In this document: positions 20,133 through 30,752 of the stretch, in pieces | Position numbering within the stretch: position 1 is the first letter of the stretch | Layout of the letters: every line of letters starts with the position of its first letter | Source: Diplonema japonicum | Taxonomy: Eukaryota > Protista > Euglenozoa: Diplonemea | Direction: 5' to 3' | DNA: 64,000 nt | Assembly: GCA_964019335.1 (NCBI GenBank) | Contig: OZ025651.1 | Span: 868,001 to 932,000, forward strand | Made by a program: the position numbers and the translations under genes | Notes under the pieces: generated by a model | Seen by the model: the letters and a program-made list of their open reading frames with translations, nothing else | Database searches by the model: none | What the model was told of the DNA's origin: nothing

Positions 20133-21433
20133 ATGCCAGTTTCAGACAGCACCCATCTCTACGCCAGTCACACGTCACACGGCGACAAGATAATTGTGAA
20201 AACCCGCGACGACAGCGAGGTGACCTTCGAAAACAAATCGCTGATAACCTACACGGCAGAAGGGGACTGCCTCAACATAACACAAATAACAAATGAAGGT
20301 GAAAGGAAAGAGGTACACACAACCCTGCGAGGCGTCACAAGCGGCATGGCGGAGGAGTTCCACACCGCCTGCAAGAAAGACATGAGGTGCAGCGAGAAAT
20401 TTGTGTTCATCGTGAACCCAAAGAGCGGCACAGGAAAATCACTGGAAACATGGGCCACTGTGGAGGAGTACCTCAAGAAATACGGAATCAACTACGAAGT
20501 CCACATCACCCAGCGTCCCGCCCACGCAACAGAAATCGCGAAAGAAATCCCTGACGACAAAACCGTGACAGTATGCACGATCGGAGGTGACGGCATTCTC
20601 CACGAAGTTGTAAACGGTCTGCACCAAGCAGACCTTCACCCAACCATTGCTATCATCCCTTCAGGTACAGGAAACGGGTTGGCTGCCACCCTTGGCATCA
20701 CCTCGCTCCACTGTGCATTGTACACCTTGCTCAAAGGTGCCCCGATTCCGTACGATCTGTTTAAGCTAACACAGCCCAACCCGTGCGACCGCAGCACAGG
20801 CGTGCAAACAACAACCGAGCAAACCGAAAGGGTTGGGTTTCTGCATCTGACCTACGGCATCATCGCAGACATTGATTTCGAATCAGAATGGTTGAGGATG
20901 TTGGGCGCTGCGAGGTTTCCCATCACCGCCGTGAACAAGATAATGTGGCTTTCCGGCTACAGAGCGAAGGTTAAGATGACACTTGCTCCTGAAGGAACAA
21001 ACACCACCGAGATTTGGTCCTGCGACAAGGCCACCAATCCAGGCGAGCATGTGACGGAAACCCCTGAAAGGTGCTTGAAATCGAAGATGACTTCCTGTCC
21101 GTCCAGCTAAGCAACGTCCCCGAGATCTCGAAAGACATGATGTGCAATCCACTGGCGAGGCTCTCCGACGGCTGCATAGACGTCTGCCTGATCCGCCGCT
21201 CGGAGGTATCGCGTTGGAACGCCTACAAGTTCTTTTCGATGGTGGAGAGCAACCCCAAGGCTCTGCTGTCCTGCCCTTGGGTCCACTTCTACAAGGCGAC
21301 TAGCGTCACCCTCACCCCCATGGCAAAAACCGCTTACCAAGGCAAGCTCGACCTTGACGGCGAATGGATGCCGTACGGTGAGATGACAGTACAAGCCTGC
21401 CCACGTGCGCTTCACGTTCTGTCTCCTTACTAA
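20133..21433 (+). CDS. Sphingosine kinase / DAG-kinase family protein (frame break near 21070)
   Basis: FIVNPKSGTG, GGDGILHEVVNGL, IPSGTGNGLA and DIDFESEWLRMLGAARF in ORF 19986-21110; PLARLSDGCIDV and LDLDGE in the overlapping ORF 21071-21433. Confidence 0.85.
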
Positions 21434-21596
21434 GAGTTTTTTTGTGTACAGAAAAAAAAAAAAAAAAAAAAAAGAAAAAAAATAAACAAACAAACAAAAA
21501 AGTGTGGTTCTTGCCCCTACTATATATTTATTGATTGCGGTTTTCAAAACTACGGTCAACATCCACACAATAGTGGTAGGGAAGGGGGAGAGGAGA

Positions 21597-23624
21597 ATGC
21601 GCGCGCATCAAGCCATTGACAGATTCAAGATTGAAATACAAACAACGGTGAAAAACAACAGGGTGACAGGGGTGCAAGGCCCCACCGGTGTGGGGAAGAC
21701 GACAAAGGTCGTGGAATGGATCGCGGAGCAATCTGACGGTCTGGTGTTGTGCGGGCTGCCGAGAAAAATAGGCGTGGTAAAAGTAGCCAAGAGAGTGGCA
21801 GGTAACCAAGGCGTAGGCGGAAGGGTTGGCTTCGCGTACAAAGGGTCATACGCATGGTCCGAGAAGACAAAGATCCTCTACTGCACATTGGGCGTCATCG
21901 TCAAGATTCTAACGAGCAACGCACGACGCCGGGCGAAGGTGACACATATCATCCTCGATGAACCACAAGAACGCACGCCCGAGGTAGACATAATATGCTA
22001 CCTGTGCAAGCATGTTCTGACCACCATGAAACTGACTCTTTTATCCGCAACGCTTCCGCTTCAGTTGCTCGAGTACCACGGTGTGTCGGAATACCGCATC
22101 CCACTTCCTGACACACCTTACCCGGTGGATGTAAAATACCTTGACGAGATTGTGACGAAAGCCACGCCGAGAAAACACTGCAAAAACCCTTGGAAATCAG
22201 GGGACAACGAATGGGTGAAACAACAACCTTCGGACGAGGTGAATCTCGATCTCGTCGAATGGACGCTGCGGGAGGTGGTTCCGAAGGGCAGCGGCGGTAT
22301 TTTGGTCTTCCTTCCAACGGTTCAGATGATCTCCGATCTGGGCGAAATGCTACGGGACAGCATGCCAGAAATCGACGTGAGAAAGCTGTACTCGGGGAGG
22401 GACATGTCTTTCAGCACGAGAAACTCAAAAAATAAATATTCCGTGTACCTGGCGACAAATGTAGCGGAGGTCTCTATTACCTTGCAGGGCATAGACACTG
22501 TGGTCGACACCGGAATGTCCCTTCGTCCTTTGGGGAGTGAGAGTCGGTTCAAAAAGGTCTGGGCATCTCAGCAAAGTGTGGATCAGCGCACGGGTCGAGT
22601 AGGTAGAGTGCAGCCTGGCGTTGTGTACCGGTTGTGGCCATCGTGGTTCGTGCTGCCCAGAGAAACACCGCCGTTCATCCTTTCAACACCACTCCATTCC
22701 ATCATACTTATGCTTTTGTCTTGTTCCATGCAGCCGTCTGTTCTCAGCTGCTTCCCCACACCGCCGAGCACTGTCGATGTTGCCAACACGCTACGCCAGC
22801 TTCACGTCATCAAAGCCGTAACATCAGAAGGCGTTCACGGTGTGGCGATCACCCCGTTTGGTTCCACCGTTGCAAACCTTCCCCTCCCCCCTAACGCTGC
22901 CAAGGCCCTGTTGTATTCGGTGCTGTTCGGGTGTTTCAAAAGGTTCGCTCCGGTGGTGGCGGCGGAGTGCCAGCTGTACGCAAAGGAGCTGACGCAAACA
23001 CAGAAATACTACAGGAAGAGGATTGCAAGGGCACACAGGAGTGACTTGCTCGTAGTGTCTGACGTGTATAACGAGTGGACCAAGGCGGTGATCGAATCAG
23101 AGAAAAAGGAAATCTGTGAGAAATACGGCGTTGGTCACAGGTATATGGCAGAGCTGCAAGTGGCGACGGAGTCGTTGCAGATAGCCGTTGGCAAGCTTGG
23201 GTGGTTGGTTAACTATACTGAAAAAGAGGACGTGGGATTGGGTGTTTTGCTTGGGATTTGCTGGGTGTGCTGTGATGGTAAAACGGTCGAAGTGCACAAC
23301 AAGACAAAGGCGAAGACGAAATGGGAGTACCTTGCCCTCCCCGGTGGCGTGCGGGTGTGGCCGCACCCATCCTCGCTGAACGCCCAGCAACGAGCTTGCC
23401 CCGCCCCGCTTTACTCTTATCTCCGGGCCATCTCCTCGTCGCAGGTTTACCTTACAGGCCTCTCGCCTTGCTATCCTGCCGCAACGGAAATCTTGAACTC
23501 CCACGATTTCTCCCAGGCGTTCGAAGAGAAATGCAACCACCCTTCCAAACCTCCCACGCCGCGTGACATGGAGGTCGTGGAGTCGGTACGGAACACGCTT
23601 ATAAACAGTACATCTCTCATTTGA
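21597..23624 (+). CDS. Divergent DEAH/RHA-family RNA helicase
   Basis: GPTGVGKTT (I), ILDEPQER (II), SAT (III), LVFLP (IV), ATNVAEVSITL (V), QRTGRVGR (VI), HA2-like TPFGSTVANLPL. Confidence 0.88.
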   Translation: MRAHQAIDRFKIEIQTTVKNNRVTGVQGPTGVGKTTKVVEWIAEQSDGLVLCGLPRKIGVVKVAKRVAGNQGVGGRVGFAYKGSYAWSEKTKILYCTLGVIVKILTSNARRRAKVTHIILDEPQERTPEVDIICYLCKHVLTTMKLTLLSATLPLQLLEYHGVSEYRIPLPDTPYPVDVKYLDEIVTKATPRKHCKNPWKSGDNEWVKQQPSDEVNLDLVEWTLREVVPKGSGGILVFLPTVQMISDLGEMLRDSMPEIDVRKLYSGRDMSFSTRNSKNKYSVYLATNVAEVSITLQGIDTVVDTGMSLRPLGSESRFKKVWASQQSVDQRTGRVGRVQPGVVYRLWPSWFVLPRETPPFILSTPLHSIILMLLSCSMQPSVLSCFPTPPSTVDVANTLRQLHVIKAVTSEGVHGVAITPFGSTVANLPLPPNAAKALLYSVLFGCFKRFAPVVAAECQLYAKELTQTQKYYRKRIARAHRSDLLVVSDVYNEWTKAVIESEKKEICEKYGVGHRYMAELQVATESLQIAVGKLGWLVNYTEKEDVGLGVLLGICWVCCDGKTVEVHNKTKAKTKWEYLALPGGVRVWPHPSSLNAQQRACPAPLYSYLRAISSSQVYLTGLSPCYPAATEILNSHDFSQAFEEKCNHPSKPPTPRDMEVVESVRNTLINSTSLI

Positions 23625-23822
23625 AATTCATTTCCCCCCTTCTTCTGCTTCATACGATATCAAAAAAAAAATAATACAGACAGGAGAGAGGGAGAAGGGT
23701 GGGGGGGGGGGGGCGATACTCAATTTTCTATTTGATGGCACCTAAACGATAAGAATATAAAAAAAAGAAGAAGAAAAAAAAGAAAGAAGGAAAAAAGAAA
23801 AAAAGAGCGAGCGAGAAAGAAA

Positions 23823-26039
23823 ATGGACCAGAAAGATGTAAGGATCACCTTAGAAAGCCCGGCGTTGCCGGTCCTGGTGTACCCATCACGAGAGAGGGAC
23901 TTCGAAGAGGAACGGGAAGTGGACAGCGAGTCGGTATATTCAGAAACGTCGTGGATAGGGAAGGACAACAGCATACTGTTGAGCAAGCTGGACGAGATTT
24001 TGGAGGCGGCGGAGAAGTGGCAGGACAAGGAGACGGTGGTGGAAAGAGTAAAGAGCTTGAAATGCCTGGTGGAGAAGACACCCCCTGCACCACCACCACC
24101 CCCACCCCAGCAAGGCGTACCAGAATTTGTTCCAAGCCTCTTAGTATCGCTTCCAACTGACAGCTCACTGAGCGATCTGAAGCCACCACCTGCAGTAAGA
24201 CCTATAAACAGAGAAGAATCAAGCGATCTTTCCAAGCTTCGTGCCACGTTCAATGAGTTCAACGCAGCGCTTAGTCTTAATATCTTGAAGGAAGGAAATA
24301 ATGATAAGGAGGACAATGAGAGCTCGTACGATGAGCTCACCTCGCTGTCGCCCACTAGAGACAAAAGTTTAAAGCGGTACTCCACAGTGTCCTCTTTCGA
24401 TTACGATGTTGTGGTGAAGGACGAACATCGATTTGTGACGAACGCGCAGCTTGAATCGGATCGCTTCGTGTTGAACTTCAACAGATTCGACAGATATTGG
24501 CAGCCGCTACTCTTTTTGACGCTGCTGTTCATCACATTGTCCACAGGGCTTACCATCGGCCTGGGCAGACCCGCATCCCTCACAACCGCGATCTGCGACA
24601 ATCTTGCAGATGTTGTTATGTACGTCGAGATATTCTTCAACCTCCACCGCCCCGTCAACTTCCTCGGGTTGATCACAACCGATACAAAATCAATCCGGGC
24701 ACGGTATTACAAAGGCAAGGACGGGCGGTACCTTGCCTACGATGTCATAGCGATGCTTCCTTTGCATATTGTCGGGTGGTCGATGGGCGACAATGAATCA
24801 TACTTCCGATCCGGTGTCACAGGGTATTACAGCCCTGTATGGAGGGCAAACCGACTATTACTCGCGCTTTACACATCTGAGAAATTCGTAAGAACGCTGC
24901 AAGTGGTGTTTGAAGACCCTGTTTTCGAACGGATCGGGAAGTCGATTTTCAAATTCGCGTATATTGCAACGTTTGTCGGGTCGGGCTGGTGCTGGTTGCA
25001 GCTGTACGAAGGGGAACAGCGGAGTTTAGCGTGGAACAATTCCGTCAGTGTTTTCTTCAAGGAGAACGTGTCTGTTTTTCAGCAGTTCACGCTGGGCGTG
25101 GACTACGCGATCAAAGCAATGGCGGGAATGAGCCGTGGGTCGCCTGTACCCCACACCGACACACAAACTGCATTCGAACAGATAGTCGCATGTATCGGTG
25201 TCTGCACCTACGCCACCATAATCGCAACCATAGGAACCCAGTTGAAAACGTCGGGAACGTTTGATGAATTAAAAAGCTCGCTCGATGAAATCCACGACGC
25301 CATGGCGTACAAGCAGCTTCCGAAGAATATGTACCGCGAGGCGAAGCGATACTGTTGGTTCATGTTCCAGAACCAACGGTTGAGGGGGACCGTCGGAGAC
25401 ACCCTGTCGGACCTTCCCACCGTACTGCAGCTGAAGGTCGATCAGTTCGTCGGGGCGGACGCGCTCTTCACAATCCCGGTTTTGAAATGCGCTTTTGTCG
25501 ACGTTGCTTTTCTCCACTTCATGATCGATAGATTGGAGGTTATAGTGTTTTACGAAGGCGAATCTGTATATTGTAAAGGAGATTGGTGCGATTGCATGTA
25601 CTTCATCACATCGGGCAGCGTGCATGTGACAAATGAGGACGGTACTGAGAAAACACTGCGAACGAACGACAGTGTTGGCGAACTTGCTTTGTTCCATGTT
25701 CATCAGCGTGTTGAGACTGTTGTTGCGTTAGAGCACAGCAGTTGTTTTGCGTTGTACCGATCATCGTTTAAAGAAGCTGAGGTGAAATTCCCCGAGGCAG
25801 TGGCGAGCATTAAGAAGAACGTGCAAAAAAAACTGCAGAACTTCCACGATCTAGACGCCAAGCGTCGGAGGGTAATCAACTATCTGCTGGAGCTGACCGA
25901 CAGAGGGTTGCTTCAGTGCTACTTCGAAAAGCTGAAGTCCTACGTTGCCATCGCACAGCTTTCGGCAAGAGACGTCATTCGCCGATCCACAACAAACATG
26001 CGGATTAAATCGCTTAAAAGACGCCTTGTCACTTGTTAA
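23823..26039 (+). CDS. Cyclic-nucleotide-gated / HCN-like cation channel
   Basis: Multiple TM helices, IRARYYKG..YDVIAMLP, C-linker, cNMP-binding domain GDWCDCMYFITSGSV..GELAL..RVETVVA. Confidence 0.85.
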   Translation: MDQKDVRITLESPALPVLVYPSRERDFEEEREVDSESVYSETSWIGKDNSILLSKLDEILEAAEKWQDKETVVERVKSLKCLVEKTPPAPPPPPPQQGVPEFVPSLLVSLPTDSSLSDLKPPPAVRPINREESSDLSKLRATFNEFNAALSLNILKEGNNDKEDNESSYDELTSLSPTRDKSLKRYSTVSSFDYDVVVKDEHRFVTNAQLESDRFVLNFNRFDRYWQPLLFLTLLFITLSTGLTIGLGRPASLTTAICDNLADVVMYVEIFFNLHRPVNFLGLITTDTKSIRARYYKGKDGRYLAYDVIAMLPLHIVGWSMGDNESYFRSGVTGYYSPVWRANRLLLALYTSEKFVRTLQVVFEDPVFERIGKSIFKFAYIATFVGSGWCWLQLYEGEQRSLAWNNSVSVFFKENVSVFQQFTLGVDYAIKAMAGMSRGSPVPHTDTQTAFEQIVACIGVCTYATIIATIGTQLKTSGTFDELKSSLDEIHDAMAYKQLPKNMYREAKRYCWFMFQNQRLRGTVGDTLSDLPTVLQLKVDQFVGADALFTIPVLKCAFVDVAFLHFMIDRLEVIVFYEGESVYCKGDWCDCMYFITSGSVHVTNEDGTEKTLRTNDSVGELALFHVHQRVETVVALEHSSCFALYRSSFKEAEVKFPEAVASIKKNVQKKLQNFHDLDAKRRRVINYLLELTDRGLLQCYFEKLKSYVAIAQLSARDVIRRSTTNMRIKSLKRRLVTC

Positions 26040-26238
26040 GGGAAATGAGGGGTATTTCCATGCCCCTCAAAATGCAAGATTTTTTATATACCCCCCATCC
26101 CCCCTGCTTCTTTTCGCCCTCTCCGTTTTTTTTCCTTCATTTTTTGTGTGACGAAACAAGGAAGCTGCACCGGGGCGGGACCCGGCTGGGGGGAGGGGGG
26201 CGAGCTGCTTAAGGACAAGGACGCGGGTACGTTTTCTT

Positions 26239-26272
26239 TGCAATCAAGTAGACAGCCAGTGCTTATGCCACC
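26239..26272 (+). repeat. Dispersed repeat family A, copy 3 (diverged)
   Basis: tgcaatcaagtagacagccagtgcttatgccacc at the end of a GC-rich island. Confidence 0.4.
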
Positions 26273-26614
26273 AAAACACTGGTCCTTTATTTATCTACTT
26301 ATTGCCCGCGACCTTTTTCTTCTTCTTTCTAGTGGAACGGTTCTCTCCGGCCTACTAGGGGCCCTTGAACAGGTGCCTCTTGCCTGATGAGGCTGCACCT
26401 GGAAGAGTTTACAAGATGAGTACCGAAGCTGAGAGATTCCTAGTACTACCACGAACCTTCTGTACAGGAGGGCTGCCAATTTGACTTTCTTTTCTGTTTC
26501 TCTTTATCCCCCCTACCCTTTTGTTTTCAACTATTTTTTTTTTTCTTCATTCTTTGGATTCGGAAGCCTGTAAATAAATAAACTAAAACAAAAACAAAAA
26601 GTTTCACCTCCACA

Positions 26615-26648
<34 letters not shown>

Positions 26649-26651
<3 letters not shown>

Positions 26652-26942
26652 TCCCAGGCTAGCAGAGCTATTGCAGCGGAACAACATGATGCCTTCAGGG
26701 CGGCCAATCATGCGAAGGAGGCACAGGCAGAGGCGGTGTCGTCCGCGCACATTGTGATGGCCAACGACAAAGGTGATTTGATTAACAGCGAAATTTCGAG
26801 ACTTGCCACAGAAGTAGGGATCCAGGGGACTAACAGGGTCAACAGGGAGGCTGTCTTCGCAGCGAATGCCCACTCTCCTTACAGGTACCAAGACGCCACA
26901 TGGAACCATGCGCCCACCCCTAAGTACATGAGCTATTACTGA
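26649..26942 (+). CDS. Small hypothetical protein (97 aa)
   Basis: Complex coding-like island bounded exactly by an A-run+ATG and by TGA. Confidence 0.7.
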
Positions 26943-27164
26943 AATTCTTTTTTCTAGAGAAAAAAAAGAAAGAAAGAAAGAAAAAAAACGAATCTCTCCC
27001 TCACCACCCTTGTTTGTATTTTTCTTCCCACTGTTCCTTTCGTTCCCTTTTACCCCCTCCTTTCTTCTCCCCTTGTTGTTTTACTTTTCTTTTTTTGTCT
27101 TCTTCTCAATTGTGGATAAAAAAGAAAAAAAAAAAGGCATCCACAAATTTAAAAAAAAAAGAAA

Positions 27165-29604
27165 ATGTCCCTCCAGCCGGTTGTTCTCTCAGACACGGTC
27201 AACGCCACCTTGGCTGAGGTTTTTCCTTCAGATGACCCCTTTGACGATCCGAATTTTGACCCGTTGGCGTTTATAAACGAAAGGTTTCCGAGTGAAAAGA
27301 GCTTGCGCGGTCTGGGGGACTATATGGAAAGCCTAGAGGCAGGGGCGAGGGCGACAGAAGAGGAAGTCCGGGAAACGGTGAGGGGCCAGGCAGGGGGTGC
27401 GAGCAGAGCCGAAATGAACTTGGAGGAAGCAAAGGGAAGCATCCAGGAACTATTCAAAAAAGTGGAAGAAATCCGACGAATGGCAGAAGAGTCAGAGGCG
27501 ATGGTGATGGAAATCTGCACCGAGATCTCATCTCTGGACAACGCAAAGAAAAACTTAACAGACGCGATAACAATCCTGAAGAAGATGAAGGATATCTCGA
27601 AGGGGTTGGACGAGCTCAAGGCGAGCACGGACCAACAACCAGCCGACCTCGCAGCAGCAGCGGAGAACCTTACCCTCTGCCGACAAATTCTGGAAAAACA
27701 TTTTTCCAACCATTCAAATCTCCCACGCGTTAAAGAGCTCTCAGACAAGCTCTCCCGAGAACTGAAAATCTGCTCCCAGCTCGCACTTCAAGAACTAAAA
27801 ACAATCGACGTCCACGAAGAGGAAGTCCCTCCCTCCGTCATCGACGCCTGTGCAGTGGCAGACGCCTGCGGCGATGAAATTAAAACAGCCGCAGTAACCG
27901 CCTTTGTCCAGGCTAACATAGAAAAATACAAAAAAGCCTTCCTCCCAGGGTCTGACGAAGCCCGCCTTGAAAAAATGGAACGTCGTTTCGCGTGGTTTAG
28001 AAGGCTTTTGAAGTCCTTCGAGGACAACCTGTCGGGGCACATCCCGGTTTCATGGTGCATCCAGCAGGAGCTTGGCGTTGAATTCTGCCTCGCCACGAGG
28101 GAGGACATCAAGGTAGCCTTGGAACAAGAAGGCGGCGGGATGAACATCGAGATCCTCGTCAGGGTTCTGCAAAAAGCGATCGATTTCGAAAAAGACCTCA
28201 CCGCCAGGATGCAAATCTATGAAAAAAACGCCGAAAAGGAAGCCCGGCGGTACCGAGGCACGGACCCGCACGCCTTGCGCTCAAAGTACAATTCGTCGGC
28301 CGTCGAAGAATCTCAAAAAACGACTAAAAAATACAAATACACGGGGTTCATAACATCATGTTTTGAACACACGATGGACGCATATGTGAGCCATGAAGGT
28401 GTGAGAATGAACACCGCCATCAGGACGCTCGTGAGGGAGCAGCCTGCGATGGTCGACGGCCAGCAAACGCTCCCCACCGCGCTGGAAATCTTCAGCTACA
28501 TAAAACAAAGCTTGAAAAAATGCAGCGCCTTCTGCAAGGACGAGATCCTGGTCAAAATGCACAGAGTGTGGTCGGAGAATCTAATGTAATGTTCAAAAAA
28601 AAAAAAAAAGAAAAAAAAGAAATCAAAAAAAATACCCCCCACAGTTTTTACGGTGATGAGCTCCGTTCGCAAATCGCTTCTAGCGGGTCTGGTGACGATC
28701 TGAAAACTTGCATCATCATCAACTCAGCAGACTGGTGTGTGGACACTGCCACAAAGCTCGCCGAAGAGGTGCGGTCATGCATTGACGAATCGTGCCACGC
28801 TGGAGTCAAAGAAGAGGCACCCACGGAAACCTTCCTAGCCGTCATCCAGGACGGGACCATGAAGCTCGTTGGGGACCTGATAGAGCAGCTCGGACCGCAG
28901 CTGACGGAGATGGTGCAGACCCCGTGGTACCAGCATGAAGAAGTGGGGGACCAGTCCGACTACGTGTCGAAGATCTGTTCGGTGCTTTCGGAGGTCTTCC
29001 CGAAGTTCGGGAAGAATCTGAAACCAAACCTCTTCAAACACCTGTGCGTGAAGTTCGTCGATGAGTTCGTACCACGCTACGTGAGGGCGCTGTACGGGCT
29101 TAAGCGACCTACGCCCTCTGCTTGTCGGCAGTTGCTACTTGATATTCAGGTATAATCGACAAAGATAAAAAAAGAAGGAAAATAAAATCCCAGATTCTAA
29201 AATCCCAATTCCCGAAGATCCCCTTCCTGGGTGACCCCGAACGGTTCAGAGAGCGCGAACTGAAGGCCTACAACATGTTGGTGCGCATCAGCATGGGACG
29301 CGGCGAGGCTATTTTGAAGTTCCTTGAATCGGAGATCCCGCCCTCTGAAGGCACCATTCTGGCAGACCAGTACTCCGAGCTTCTTCAGGACGACGGGTCT
29401 GTGACCGACTTCTTGAGGCTTCTCGAGATGAAGGGCATCGGTACCAAGGAACAGAAGCCGCTGAGAGAGTACCTCGAGAAGACGAAAGGGATGCCTCTAT
29501 CCTCGAAGAGGAACAACGCCTCACACAGCGACAGCAAAGGCACTGACACCATCCGACGGTTCCGGGACGGGATGAACAAGATTAAAGACAAACTGAAGGA
29601 ATAA
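27165..29604 (+). CDS. VPS53: Vacuolar protein sorting 53 (GARP complex), 3 exons: 27165-28585, 28645-29149, 29194-29604
   Basis: DPFDDPNFDPLAFINERFPSEKSL; SEAMVMEICTEISSLDNAKKNLT; ERRFAWFRRLL; IINSADWC; VGDQSDYV; QLLLDIQ. Splicing gives a continuous 778-aa frame. Confidence 0.9.
28586..28644 (+). other. 59-nt poly(A)-rich GT-AG intron in VPS53
   Basis: AT|GTAATG...poly(A)...TACCCCCCACAG|T; joins two ORFs of a conserved protein in frame (NLI-FYGDEL). Confidence 0.85.
29150..29193 (+). other. 44-nt A-rich GT-AG intron in VPS53
   Basis: CAG|GTATAA...AAAATCCCAG|ATT gives LLLDIQ-ILKSQF, in frame with ORF 29275-29604. Confidence 0.85.
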
Positions 29605-29808
29605 AGCGGGGAAGGGGACAAAAAAGTGTTTGATTTTCTTTTTTTCTCTTTTTGGTTCCCTCGCGAAACGATGGGACAACAAACAAAGACCTCTCCCACA
29701 CACCGAGAATATCTTTTGGTCGATTTTTTTTTCTTGTTTCTATTTTTTAGTCCGTGTGTACTAAGTAATTTTTTTTTTTCTTTTTTTTTTTTTTACCTTG
29801 GACATCTC

Positions 29809-30272
29809 ATGAACAGGTGGGGGAGGGGGTTGGACATGTCTGGCGAAGGATGTCAGGTGATCACCCCTTTAAAGGTTTGCAGCTCCCCCACGAGCGTGAA
29901 AAAACTACTGTCCCTCAACGACTACATCAGCGGGAGGGAACGCTTGGCGTACGCCGTCCGCGACCCTAAATGCTACGTGAGGTACGAAGTTCTTCTTGTG
30001 GAGATTGACAAGATAGAGGTGACCTTCTACTGCAGCGGTCAGCACTCCCACGTTTCAACAACAGTAGTGGACCTGGGGCGGCCTGTCAATGAGGTAAAAT
30101 GGATGACTGGGACGGTGAATGGAATGTTTCCGTCAGCACGGACTCTTCTCTCTGTGGGGCTTGAAGAGGCTGATTTGTCTGTTCAAAGGCATCTGTTATG
30201 TTTCAAGCTTGACCCCCCGCCCGCAATAAAAGGGAACAGAAAACCGGGTGACGAGTATCGGTAAGGGGAAAA

Positions 30273-30306
<34 letters not shown>

Positions 30307-30417
30307 GGGAGATTTTCCTCGCGTTTGGTATATCTAACACTGGATACATAATCGATCTGCGGCCCACCACAAACAGGTCAGCTTCACAGACGCTCAAGGC
30401 AGTATGGGAGAAGAAAG

Positions 30418-30451
<34 letters not shown>

Positions 30452-30501
30452 AGACTTGCCATCGCTTCAGTGATTGGTCTCAATCAAATACACCAATATA
30501 A
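29809..30501 (+). CDS. Hypothetical protein, weakly WD40-like (exons 29809-30260, 30308-30401, 30454-30501)
   Basis: Coding-like sequence interrupted by two poly(A) blocks bounded by GT/AG; the spliced frame is open for 197 aa. Confidence 0.55.
30261..30307 (+). other. Predicted 47-nt poly(A) GT-AG intron
   Basis: CG|GTAAGG...A-run...AAG|G; removes TAA 30262-30264. Confidence 0.6.
30402..30453 (+). other. Predicted 52-nt poly(A) GT-AG intron
   Basis: GCA|GTATGG...33-A run...CAG|ACT. Confidence 0.6.
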
Positions 30502-30752
30502 TTTGTTTCTTTTCTTCAAATTTTTTTTTTTCGTTGTGCAAATAATAAAAAAAAAATTAGAAAAAGTGATTTTTTTTTCTCGTTAGATTTTCTTATGCTT
30601 CCATTCTTTCTTTTTTTCTTTCCCTCCTGCTTCGTTTTCTTGCCTTTTTTTTTTTTTCTCTCTCTCTCTTTTTTTTGTTAATTTTTTTCTTCTCTTCCAT
30701 AACTCGATCAAGAGGGGGAAAAAAAAAAAGAAAAGGAAAATATGGTGTCAAA

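Noticed and set aside
26384-26430. CTGATGAG hammerhead-ribozyme-like core
   Set aside because: No properly placed GAAA or closing stems
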